DNA of 64,000 bases from Amoebophrya sp. A120 (taxonomy: Eukaryota; Protista; Dinoflagellata): the NCBI GenBank assembly GCA_905178155.1, contig CAJINV010000001.1, positions 931,981 through 995,980 of the forward strand, written 5' to 3'. Positions 47,971 to 59,910 of this stretch are shown here, one piece after another. The notes below the pieces were generated by a model, which worked only from the letters and a program-made list of their open reading frames with translations, searched no databases and had not been told where the DNA came from. How positions within the stretch are numbered: position 1 is the stretch's first letter; each line of letters starts with the position of its first letter. The translations under genes and the position numbers were made by a program.

Positions 47971-50900
47971 TCAAATGACACCATAGTGACTACAGTGTCT
48001 GAATTCCTCCTGATAATAGGCCAGCTGGAGCAGCAGACTGCGCTCCATCTTGTGAATGATAACTGGCGGGCCTTCGTAGGCTGCGCAGCGGTCGACCCGG
48101 GCCTCCAGGCCGTGGTCTGGGATTTCCACTGGCCACTCCAAGCACATCCCGTACTCCGGGTCATTCACGAGAGGCCGCAAGCTGGCCGTGCGACACCACC
48201 CGGAAGGCTGGTGGGCATGGGGGAACGGCTGCAGAGGAGGGTCGACGTGAGGGAGTTTTTCTTGGTCAGCTTTTGGATTTTCAGCGTTCTGCTCAAACAA
48301 CGAGGTTGTTCGGAACAGAGCGCCCATCCATGTAGTATTTGCGTCTACTTGCCCTGCATCCTCTGCACCCCTTACTTCCTCGCCCTTACCTACAACTCCG
48401 TTTCGAATTTGCTGTAGCAAAACATACTTCTGTTCCTCTACTGCCAAGTCTTGCGTCACCCTCTGGAAGGGTTCGTAAAATTTTGAGACCGCGAGTTGGT
48501 GCGCACCACGTGGGGACGGGTGTATTACGCTGTCGTCTACTTCTATTGCATTCTCCCCCTGCTCTAGTGCTATCGACGCAGTTTCGTCTGCTCCATCTTC
48601 CACTGGCTTCTTCGCATTCCACCCTTGGTGTTTCTCGTCGATGGCGTACAGCTGCTCGCCCTTGATCGCTCGACCCTTCGAGCGAAACTGCACTTCCAGG
48701 TAATAATTCCACTGGCAACGGTATCGCCAGAAAGAAAAATTGTTTCACCGTAAACTTGCAATGCAGAAAATGCATCTCACACGTGTTTATCTTGCTACAC
48801 ACGCAAGACAATGGATTTTTACTTTTAGCTGCGTTTTCACTTAGGAGCACTGCATGCCAAATTTTCTCGTCTGTCATGTAGAACTACAAACTTGTGATGC
48901 AAAACCTGCAAAAGAAAATTGTTCATACTTTTACAGTGAAACACTTTATTTTTCGTGGGATAAGCGGTCGAGCACAAACGGCTCCAGAACGCGAAGGGCG
49001 TCACTGCGGAAAAAGACGTACAGCAGCCCGGCGCCGATCCCGTTCTCGTCGTAAAACCCGTTCAGGCCATTATGGAGATATCCTGAGTAAAAATGTCCCC
49101 ACACCAGAGTTAAGATGGGAAATCTGCTAGACAAGTCAGCCAGCTTTGGTTGTTTCGCATGACAAATTTGTCCTTGTAGTGTAATCCTGTTGAGCTAGTT
49201 CCGAAGCATCACAGATCTAGCATGTCATGCTGATCCTAGCATCAGAAATTCCAAAACACTACTAGAAAATAGCTTTCATGCGGCTCCGCATGAGAGACTT
49301 TTTTGGCGTGCAGATTTGCATGACAACTCTGGGGTGGGGACGTTTTTACTCAGGATAGGAGGTCCGTTTTCGGCACGGACCTGTTGTCGGGCAGGAAATT
49401 CCGGTTTTCGTTGATTTGCGTTTCCGTCACGGGCAGATATTCCAACAAAAGGAGAATCCGCGTATCAAATGTAAAAATGTCTGGGTCTCGAAGATTAGAA
49501 CTTGTCATGCTAAATCTGAATGATGCAAAAATCTGTGTTGCGTGAGTACCAAAATCTGTCCGCTTTTGACCAAGTTGAGAGGGAGTTTCTCATGGAGGAA
49601 AGGCATGATAGAGACCTCAAAGAGCCTGCCATGCTGGGTCTCGCATTCCAGATCTCATGGGTCATGGAAAATCTGCATCACAAATCTCGTATTCTTCCAG
49701 ACCCAGACATTTTTACATTTGATACCGCGCAAAGGGCGACAACTCTTCCGCCGCTTGCGTGGTTACTCGAGCGACCAGCCGGTTAGATTTCTGGAGGGGA
49801 ATCTTATGATCGCTAGGGTCTTGTTTTTCTGAGTCCTCTTCTTCAGGGGACTGCTTTATTTCTTTTTTTTTGTCCTCTTCAAACACCAAATAGCGGCTTT
49901 CGATGAACTTTCTTCTATTTTGAAAACGACGAGTTGATGATGGTAGAACCGCTGTACTTGTGTGGTCCAGCCCGGTCGTTGTACCACTTCTAGCCCTGGC
50001 AGATTCAATCTCGTCGGACTGCTGGCTCAATTGTTCTTCTAACGTGGCAGAGAAACCAGCGATTTCTCTTTTAGGAGGCGTTCTGATCTTCGTGAAAATC
50101 AGAAAGCCCTCGTGAACGAAATGGTAGTCCCCGTTCGTGAAGAAGACGCTATCGAATTTCGGATGTTCTTGTGTCTGTTCTTCCGCTCCTTCCATCGACA
50201 GTGTCTTGGCCTCGCCCTGATCGCAGAATTTAGAAGTCGAAGTACAACTAGAACTACTGCTATCAAAAAACAGTCCATTTCTCGCCCTCTTCCTTCCGTC
50301 GGTCACGTACGCGAGCAGGTGCAAGACGCGAAACGGGTTGAAGACCACCATGTCGAGTTTATCCTGAGGACAAACGAACTCCCCCAGCACTCCAGAGTCA
50401 GGGTGGGGATTTCGCAACACAAGTCTAAAAGTTTTGGGCGCCGCGCATCACAAGTTGCTGCAGTCCGTAGTGTAAGTAGAAGTGCAGGTCATAAATAAGA
50501 AGGACAGCCGCATCTCAAATCCATTGTTTCATCCTATAATTTCCAGCACTACAAATTCCAAAACACGACTAGGAATGCCACTCATGGGAATCCGCATTAC
50601 AAATGGAAATGCTCATGTTCAGTTCCTGTCGCTGTCACTGCCAATCTGCATGACAACTGTGAGGAGCAGGTGCAGGTGAGGTCGTTTTTGCAAATGATAA
50701 AGCTCCAGACAGAAGAACGCGTCGTACCGGCCGACCTCCGCCAGCTCCAGCAGCGCAAACCTTGTCATCGCCGCCAGCCCGTATCGCCACTTGTCCGCGA
50801 CTTTGCTGCTCCAGTGGGACTTGTGCATGTGCTGTAGCAGTTTCCGCTTCAAAGGGTAATTCACCACGTGGACCCCGAGGGAGCGCAACTTCTGGTACTG

Positions 50901-53900
50901 GCGGATGGTCAGCGGGTACTTCGGAGACAGGCACAGATTCCTGACCTTCGGAGACTGTGGGGTCTTTCCGCAGTCTATGGCCGCGTGGAGCAAATTCGAT
51001 GGACTGACATCTTGTTGGAGTGCGGGTTTCTGCTGAACTGTACTTCCATCGGCGTGTGCCGCGGGGAGAGTGGTACTGGTCGTGTCTACTGCATCTTTTA
51101 CTCTTCCCGAAGAAGCTTTGATGTTGCTTGGGTCCTTCGCTTGCCCCTTTTGCTCGATGTGGCTTACCGCTTCTCTATACAGTTCGGCGAGTTGCTGGGT
51201 GAGGTCCGGCGCATCTTCGTCGCTCTCTGTGACGCGGTTCTGCACCCAGTGACGCTGCATGGGGGCGTAGAAGTCTTCTTCGTAACTGTATTATGTTGTT
51301 TTTTTTTTATATGTATCAACTGTAATCTAAAAAGACCGAAAATGTGTTTTTAGAAAAACGTCGGATGCAATTGCAAAGTACCATGATCAACACACGATTG
51401 GGATTTGAGATGAAAGGTCCACCTACGAGGAAATAAACAAGATGAAGACAATAGAGGTTTCTGAAAAAGTTTTGTTTAAGCACCTTGATGTGGTTGAGAT
51501 ACCGTCCTGGGTCTGGTACTTTTTCGGGGTGAACATAGTCCGGATCGGTCAGAAGCTCCGCAATTTTCACTGGGTCGGTTTCCTCGTCCTCTTCTGGAAG
51601 TACGTTTGTCGCAAAGAGCCGGGCGAGCGAACCAAAGTGACGGTCGGCTGCGGTAGTTTCGTGCTCTTTTCTCTCCGAAGAAGTGGTCGACCACGTAGCA
51701 ATTTCTTTAGGCGTTCCACATTGCGCGTCTACTTTAACAGTCTCGACATCTTCATGTTCTTGCGTATGAACATCTTTTCCTTCCTCCATTTCGACGTTCT
51801 TTTGCTGTGTCGTTTTCAGCTGCGCCAAAACTTCTTCCTCTTCCCGTGTCACGCCATCCGTTTTCGAGAAAATCGCATCCAGCTCGAATTCTTGCCGGCT
51901 CGGGCTGGTAACGAGCAGGAAAAAATCCACCCCGTACTCGCGCAAATATCGCAGGCCCGCCTGTTGCCAGAAGGCGAGCAGCCCGCCGTCCTTCTTGCCA
52001 AACTGCAGGGCGAGTGCGGCTTTGGACGCGGATCCCATGTCGATCGAGGCTTTGAACAGGTCGCTCATCAGGTGTGCGTTGATTCCGATCGCGAACCGCT
52101 TGCGCTTTTGCTGAGGGGTATGGGGTTCATTCTTCAACTTCATCATACCTTCTGGTTCTGGTGGCGCATCAAAGTTTTCCCGCGGTGCTTCCCTTGTTGC
52201 GTCGGATCCATCTGTGGCAGTTGCGACAAAAGGATCACTTTGCTTTCCCGCCGTGGTGTCGTTCCTTGCCTTCGCCGCGTCCGCGGAATTTCTAGAGGCT
52301 TCGTCTGGCAGCTTAATATTCCTGTGAAACAGGTTCACGTTCCTCAGGGTGCTCTTCACGGTCCAATCATCCTCGTAACATGCCTCGAACGCACCGTCAG
52401 CTCCACGACAACGCGGCGCCGCGATCCACTCCGAGGTGTTCAGCTGACGTAAAGCTTTCTGGTTGAAGGCAGACTCGGCAAGGATGGTTTCGAGTCGATT
52501 CTGCTGCACCACGACCTCCCGGGTCTCATCATCTGCACCAGGTTCGGAACCGGACGGTCTATCTTTTTCTTTTCCACTGTTGTAGCCCGCATCATATTTT
52601 GTAGCTCTTGTTCTACTTCCAGTTGTCCCTCCTTTTGCCCGATGCAGCAGCAGGAGATACTCTTCCAGCAACACCGGCCAGGTACCGGGAATGGTCCGCG
52701 AGACGCTGTCCCGTACCAAATCCGGACTCTCTGCCATCTCTTGCTCCACAGCGTTTAAGAACGCGTCTGTAAGGGATAAACCGCTGGAGGAGGAGTTCGT
52801 GTTGAAAATGAAAGCAGACTGAAGGTCCTTCCCTCTATCCTGCACTACCGTCAGGTTCCCGAACAACTGTTCCTGTAGCCAACGCCGGTCCGTGCCGTGC
52901 GTCGCAAGAAAGGTCTGCACAACCCGCTCCTGCTCGTTCACACTTTCCCTCTGCGGAAAAATCGCGGGCACGTGCATGCAATACCCGAAGTGGTCGCGGG
53001 CGAGAAACTGCTCCAGCGGACGAATGTCTGCATCAAGGTTAGAAGGAGCCGCGATCGTTCTTCCAAACGCCTCGGGGCGCTGCTGCAGCTGTTCGTACGG
53101 CCTTATACTAGCAGTAGACGCGAGTTGTTCCTTTCGAACGACTTCGTCGTGATGGCCTTGGAGGGAACTCTGCACCACCACCGGATGCACTTCTTCCACT
53201 GGAATCTCGGTTATCGGAAACAGATCTGCTGGCTGTGGGAATGTGGTATTCAGAGTGGCATGAACCTTTTGTGTGCGATGATCTCGCTCTTCCTCTTCCT
53301 CTACTGCCTTGTTCTCTAGATCGGCGCTTATTTTCCCTTCCGATCCATCATTTCCACGACCTTCAAGGGGGGGAGACTGAGACTTCTCGTCGCTGTCGCC
53401 GTCCTCCGCATGCGATTTTCCATAGAAGTACAAGCCCGAAGACCGCGCAGCCGCCGGCTCGACGAAGAGTTCGCGATACAGTTGGTACTCGAGGGCAAAT
53501 ATCGAAAGGAAAAATCCCCCCTCCCCATATTGAAAAGGTATGATGCCGAAAATTTGTGTTGCTGATTTGAGGTCACAAATCGTCTCCGTGTTGCATGAAG
53601 GCAACTCCACAGGCTCCGCCGCATTCTCCAGGCGGTTTGTCATGCTGTTTTAGCTACAGCGTAGACGCCTGTCATGCTAAGTGCCTAGGCCAAAACCTGT
53701 CTAATCAGGCTCAGTATGGGCCTGCAGTCCTCGCCAGCAAGACAAATCTGATTTGTGTACGCAAATCCAGCATCAGAAACTTCGTTTTGATATGGGGAGG
53801 GGGGATTTTTCATTCTGATAGCAAACGGGGCGACCTCGCGTGCGACCACCTCGCGCTCGCACGACAGGGGGACGCAGAAGAAAAAGTGAAATGTAGAGGG

Positions 53901-55052
53901 CGGATCATGGGTAGTACTAGTGCTGTGACCGTCCGGCAGTTGTTGCCCATCAACATCAACTTCAGGCCTCATTCTAGAAGTCGCCGTTGCTCGGTAAAAC
54001 TGGCCCATTTGTGCCCGGCACCGCCGCTCCGCGTTCACGATTTGTATTTTACTAGCAGCTGCCGTCGTCATCGCGTCAGCGGAAAATTGTTGCTCGGGGC
54101 TATTAAAGGAAGACGGGTCTGCATCTGCTTTTTTCCCTCCGCCCGCCCCCGCTTTATAATTCCTCGTTCCAAACGCCCACAGCAAGTGCGGTCGATTGTC
54201 TAGCCAGATGATCAAATCTCGAAAGCACCAGGCAGGGTGCCGCCAGAAGCCCGCCCGCTGTGCCGTCAGGTACTGCACCTGGCCAAGACTGCTGTTCCGG
54301 TTGAAGGCGTGGGTAATGGAACTCTTTGAGGATGCATATGTACTTCTCGGGCTGTCTGATGATATTACACTTCCAGGATCATGTGCCTGATGTTCACTTT
54401 CCCCTCCTACAATTTCGTCTGGCGTTGCCACCCCCGCGGTCCAGGGCGGTCGCTCCATGATCTGCGGGTAATACCACCTGGCTAGCCTGAGCTCCAGCCA
54501 CTCCCGCGCGAATTTTGGCAGTAGGGGGTTCGGAAACTTGCGAAGGTACATTTTGTGGTAGTTCTGTTCGTGGTAAAATGGCCTATTTCGTGCGGTGCTC
54601 TCGTCTGGAAAAAACTCCGGCTCATCCAGTCGCCAGCGCAGCCGGAGATGTTCCCGCACACGAAAGGCAAGGCTTGTTGATGTTGATGTTAAAAAAGGAT
54701 CTGCATGACCTTTCTGTTCCTTCTTGAAGGCTGCGTTATCTTCTACCGCTATGCCTGTCTCGTCCCTAAAAAGCTTCCGTACCCTTTCGCCGACATTCAC
54801 CTGCTTTTCGCCGGTGTAGAGTTCGTGCTTCTGGTGGAAAAAGTCGGTCGCAACCTTCACGTCGCACACTGCGCGTGCGTTCGCACCGAATACCGATGCG
54901 CAGACGCTCTGGAGTCGGCCCGGGGTCGTCGTGTGGTCGTGTGGGTTCACTGCGGCTGCGGGGATGGCCGTTCGGGCGAACAGGGTAGTAGTCGCCCGTA
55001 AAAGTAATACTACAGCCTGTAGTACCGGAAAAATATGCCATGAGGTTGCCAT
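47971..55052 (-). CDS. Large secretory-pathway protein with GT-A (GT8-like) glycosyltransferase features
   Basis: Signal-like MATSWHIFPVLQAVVLLL; spliced ...TRFALLELAEVGRYDAFFCLELDMVVFNP (cf. YD...YLDAD), later GEQ, GWN and VIIH; five introners plus GT-AG intron 51286-51502. Confidence 0.55.
48722..48962. mobile_element. Introner, family E
   Basis: tatcgccagaaagaaaaattgtttcaccgtaaa / tttacagtgaaacactttatttttcgtgggata; DR aacgg/agcgg; frame restored. Confidence 0.85.
49079..49357. mobile_element. Introner, family B
   Basis: ~33-bp TIR tatcctgagtaaaaa.gtcccca..ccagagtt; DR ggaga/ggagg. Confidence 0.92.
49463..49724. mobile_element. Introner, family A
   Basis: Family A TIRs; perfect DR ccgcg. 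Confidence 0.92.
50360..50699. mobile_element. Introner, family B (diverged)
   Basis: tatcctgaggacaaacga ... tcgtttttgcaaatgata; DR gagtt/aagct; restores CLE|LDM. Confidence 0.75.
53500..53820. mobile_element. Introner, family C
   Basis: tatcgaaaggaaaaatcccccctccccatat / atatggggaggggggatttttcattctgata; perfect DR gcaaa. Confidence 0.92.
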
Positions 55053-55888
55053 CTTGTTGTCCTGAAAAAGAAAATGGATCCGATCCTTTATTTTATTTCC
55101 ATGCCTTAACAGCGTTGTACGCGAAGTTTGGTTCCCATAAAACCACAAAAAGGTCACCAAAGAAAATCAGAGTCGACGTGCAAAGAAACTACAGAACGAT
55201 GGTGGGAGCCATGCGATCTCGATGAGCATTCCGGCGCAGTCAGGCGCTTGATCCTCCGTTTAGATCTTTTGATTGACAAAACACAGACCGCGGCCGCGCA
55301 AAGAAACGATGGGACACCGTAAAACTGATTGGAATTTTTTGAAAAGCAGCAGACAAAACGGTAGCAGGGGCAGTCAAACCAAAATCAAGAGGAGCGTCGT
55401 GATCAGATCAATCATTTGCCAGACGGACTTTCAAGTATCAAATACGTTTCATTGCAATCGATGACTTTCTTCGAGACGTTGACGTGGTGATCGCAGTTTG
55501 CATGATCGCAATTTGCAGCCAACCGATCTCGCGAGCGAATCGCGGCAAGCTCAGGAATAAACAGAAAATCCGTACCCAAAGAAACAGATGAAGATGGTGA
55601 GTTGATGTGACATTGCAAAGGTAGGAACAATTTGATGAGACCACAGCAGGGTAGCAACTGCAACAATATGCTTTGCGTGTCTTCTTGTTATTTTGCGTGT
55701 GCGTTTCTTCTTTTTGACATCGCGTACAAGACCGTGTGCGATCTAAATGAACCGTGGTCTACGGCAAGAAAATGTGATGCAATTGCAATTTTCGAAGACT
55801 TTCGAAAAAAAATCATGCCAACACATTTCCACTCTACAGTTTCAAGAACTTCCGGCGAAGCAAGAGGAACTCCTGCTTGACGCTATCC

Positions 55889-57011
55889 TCACAGTTTTGC
55901 AACTGGCTTTCCACCGCTGAGTTTCTGCATGACCATACCCAGAATTTTCATGGTCTGTTTCTCGTTGATACATGCCCACACAACATCACCCTCCCGTTTT
56001 GCGTTGTCGGCCCACTCCTTCGCAAATTCCTGCCGGAAAAACTCTTTTTGTTGACGGAACCTGCAGTGTGCAGAAGCAAGGCGTTGATTCATCGTACAAA
56101 CTCAAACCGAACTACGACAAATCGATGGATCCTTATATATTCATCAACGTGATCCAATGAACTACCATGTACGTGCAAAATGTAAATAGTTCGTACCCTG
56201 TTGGCGGAAGTTTCAGAAAGTTCTTCTGCAGCTCCTTCATCGCTGCTGGGAGTAGGTCTTCCCGTTTTGGGACCACCTGATCGATCATTCCCAGCGCCTT
56301 CAACTCGGGCACTTTGCACATCAGCCCGGGCGTGAGCACCCGCTCCGCGTTCCGGTTACCAATCACCTTCACCATCAGTTTAGCCCAGTATTCCGGAACC
56401 AACAAGCCGATTTGCACCTCGTTAAGCCCCATGGACCCGTCCTCGGTGATTATCCGCAGGTCGCAGCAGAGACTCAAGCCGCAGCCGCCCGCCGGACAGG
56501 CGCCGTTGATCAACGCAATGGTGGCCTTCGGACTGCCGTACACCATGGCGAGCGTCTTGGTCAGCGTTTGCCAAAAGTCCGCGTGCCGCTCTTGCGTCGT
56601 AGTCGGCGGATAGAGCTCCTTTAGCTCCAGACCCGCGGTGAAAACCTGTGTGTGATGAGAGATGTCAATGTCTTCACTTCTTCTAAAAATGTACTGCGTC
56701 TGCATCGTTGAGACTTCTTTTCTCAAGCTATGTTGAGGGTGCTGTTTGTTTCAAATTTAATGGTGGAGATGAAAAATGGCCGAATTATAGCATCTTCTTA
56801 CATTTTTCGTGAGTCCGCTCTGGAAGAGTATGGCTCGAACCTTGGGGCTCGCGTTCGCCGCGGCAACGGCTTCGTGTAACTGCTTCCACAAGTTCAACGA
56901 CATCGAATTCACCGGCTCCTTTTTCAATGTGATCGTGACCACGCTGCCCGTTTCGTCATAGGTGCTGGTCACGAATTGCTTCGCAGAGGAGGAACTACTG
57001 GGCTCTGACAT
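55889..57011 (-). CDS. Enoyl-CoA delta isomerase (crotonase superfamily, ECI1-like) with C-terminal PTS1
   Basis: PVNSMS, VFTAGLEL, INGACPAGGC, MGLNEVQIGL motifs; GT-AG introns 56646-56801 and 56061-56196; ends AKL*. Confidence 0.88.
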
Positions 57012-57527
57012 CTTGAAAGCTGACGGAAAAAAGAAAGCGGCAAAATTTGATAAAATGCCTAAATAGCAAGAAAACCTCCGTTAAGTTGAAAGAAGCTGCT
57101 CCTGTGCAGAACAAATCTGGGCCGGGGCCGCTGCGCGGAGTTGTATCTTCTGCAAGAAAGTGTCAGCTATGCGATCGCTTTTTGTATGATAACTGCCTGA
57201 CTTTTCAATGAGAAGGACGACCTGGCATAAGTCTCTTTTGTACGACAAACCGAAATAAACCGAGGATATGGAATCACATTATCTACCACATAGATCTCCC
57301 ACAGCCTGACACAGCAGGACACAGGAGGATCTTTGTTTAGCAACTACCACTAAAGGAGTTTGTGAGTACTCGCGCTCCTGCACCGACATTTTATTTTCTA
57401 CTGTGGAAGCCGATCGGAGCCGCGCGTTACAATCCGAGGGCGGAGGTTTCAATAATTTTCTGCGCGGGTGGAGTCAGTACAGAAAGTTCACCACGACAAA
57501 AAAAAAACCTGCCAGCGACTCTCTAGC

Positions 57528-59373
57528 ACAAGCGAAGAACATGTTCCAAAAAGAAAAGTGGGCGCCCGGCGCGTCCTTTTCGACGCGATCCTGCTGTTCC
57601 GTTATCCACCCAAACGTAGCCCTTTGGCAAAAGGCGGAGGAGAAGTCGAGTGGCCTACCCCGTGTCTGGCCTCCAACTCAACCTTCCCCCGCACGACGCA
57701 TCGCCGTCGGCCCGGAGAACCCAGAGAACCGCTGCTGAATCCGGGCGACAGGAGGAGGTGGAGGCCCACTACCGGGTGGGGCCGCCACACCTTCGCCACC
57801 GCCAAACGACCGGCTATGCAGAGACGCGCAGACGGACGTGGGCACCCCAAAAGGGGGCCCACCAAGAAGGGGAAAACGAACAAAGTTGCCATTTTTGTAC
57901 ACGGACTCTTGTCTCCCTCAGACTCAAAGCGCGAAACTCTCCTGGACTCACTCAGACCGACAACTGCAGCGCTCATGAACCAACGATGAGAACAAAGGCA
58001 CTCTCTGAAATCCAAGCACAAAAGCACTCCTGCCTGGAGCACATGCGAAGGTAGATATCACTCAGTTCGGAGAAATCTATAGCAGGGTGCGGATCAGGAC
58101 CGAATATGGTCCCCGCGAAACACACCAGAAATATAACTAACTACGCCGGTGATAGTAAAGCGTCAAAATCTAAGCCTTCGAGAAAATGCGATAAATCCTC
58201 ATCCACCATGGTAGCAGCCGTGATGTCCTCCTGCAATATACGGGCCCCTTCATCGGATGACACGAGACGAACAAACTCCTTCCGCTGGCGATAAAAGAGA
58301 TCCCACATGTCGTCTCTCGTCGGAATGTCGGCCGTATTGTCGCCCGAAGCAATCCATTCCGAAACCGGAGAGCACCCGGAAACCGCAACACGGCTCCAGA
58401 AGAGGCTGGAACTCAAAGAAATCGCGGTCGACCCGCCCGAGGCATTCCGCAATGCCGCCACCGCTGTCGAGTTGTCGATGCGAAAGACCACCCGGTGGTG
58501 GGAAAAGAAGGATCTGAAGTGCCAGAGCGCAAGGGCAGGCGCCAACGTCTCCAGCACATTTATCGGGAAAGACGCCCACGAAGCGCCACCAAGCATGTCC
58601 CGGGAAACCGGGTAGCGAAAGATGTAGAAAAGGTCGCCCACCGGAAGCACGCCTGCTACCCAGCCCTTGCCCCTCCGCCAGCTAGCGTCTGTGTACACGA
58701 TGACCGAAGGGAGGTCAACAGCCCGAAAAAGTACCGGTGGAAGATGAGCAAGGCACTCCCGCATGAACCCGAGGGAGAAAACAGCCGTCTTGGACAGCTC
58801 CAAAGCACATGATCGGTGGGGGTGCGACGCCCGACGGAAAAGAGACTTCAACAACCCATTGACCCGCCGCCCAATAGTTAATGTGAGCGGAAACAGAAAA
58901 CGCCCGACCAGGCTGGAAGCGTCTGCCGGCGAAAGGGTTCCAGCCTTCAACACCGTAGCCAAATACTCCCGAAGCCGTTCCGCCTTCTCCGGACTGAGCT
59001 GCATGGAGGGCTGGCCCCGCAGGTCGAAGCTCAGCCCAAGCACCGGGACCTCATAGGCCCCACACTTAATTTTCTTCATTTTCCAGGGGAATCCAAAGGA
59101 TTCCAGGAGGAAAATCACCGCCCGAATAAGCAACACCCTGGTCGCCCGGAAAGTTGTGCCACTGTGGTCATCGAAGTAGACTGTGTGAGGGGCGTAGAAG
59201 AGCCACCGCACGCAGAAAGCTACAAACTGGGCAACCTGAAGCCATTCCGTCACGCTGTGAACGTTTCCGAACAGCATAGTTTTGGAGCAAAACCCAAAAT
59301 ACTTCTTCTCCACCGGATCAAAGACAAGCGAGGAACATGTTCCAAAAAGAAAAGTGGGCGCCCGGCGCGTCCT
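57528..59373 (-). mobile_element. 5'-truncated retroelement (DIRS-type RT-RNase H) between 50-bp direct repeats
   Basis: acaagcga(a/g)gaacatgttccaaaaagaaaagtgggcgcccggcgcgtcct at 57528-57577 and 59324-59373; RT-RH ORF inside. Confidence 0.8.
58141..59323 (-). pseudogene. Reverse transcriptase (N-terminally truncated) + RNase H, DIRS/tyrosine-recombinase-retrotransposon type
   Basis: MLFG...SV, YFDD, 'GFPWKMKK', 'VLGL' (RT); YTDAS, INVLE, RIDNSTA, WIASGDNTADIPTR (DIRS-type RNase H); first catalytic Asp motif of RT missing. Confidence 0.85.
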
Positions 59374-59910
59374 ATTAATTTCCTTTCCAATCTTCAGCCA
59401 GGTGAAAAGCATAGAAAAGTTGCAATTCAAGTTTAAGTGAGCCCGGAGAGGCTTGGGGTGTGAAGACTCTGCGCCATTTACGATTCGGCGTGCAGCGCGG
59501 ATGAGTTGTGACTACTCGCGGATAGAACTAGAGATAGATGGGGTTGAATCTTTTCTTCAAGAATGGCTGTCCACATGTCAAACTTCTACTGAAACTATCG
59601 CACATCATACACTTTACCTCGGAAGGGAGATGAGGTTCTTACCTGCAGCAACTGCAGTTTATTTTTCGAATGAGCTTCTTGATCGTGCTACAAGATGAAT
59701 AAAACACGGGACTCCGGTGGTCTCTGAAAGGACGACGCCAGAGCCCCAAGAATTCGAAACGAATTTTTTACATGTTCGTTGCACAGCAGCACATTTTAAT
59801 GTATGACAAGCTCACGGCATTTTTTTTTGCGAAAGCACCTCGTCAATTTTGGTACGAAATTACGACAGCAAACAACAACAACAGAATCCCGACGCGCCCA
59901 CAAGAAGTAG

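Noticed and set aside
51286-51502. Intron beginning G-TAT and ending ATA-CAG as an introner
   Set aside because: No inverted or direct repeats remain and it fits GT-AG; introner origin cannot be shown.
57468-57989. Plus-strand ORF containing GRHTFAT as a tyrosine recombinase
   Set aside because: Antisense to the RT, low-complexity, and lacking the other catalytic motifs in context.
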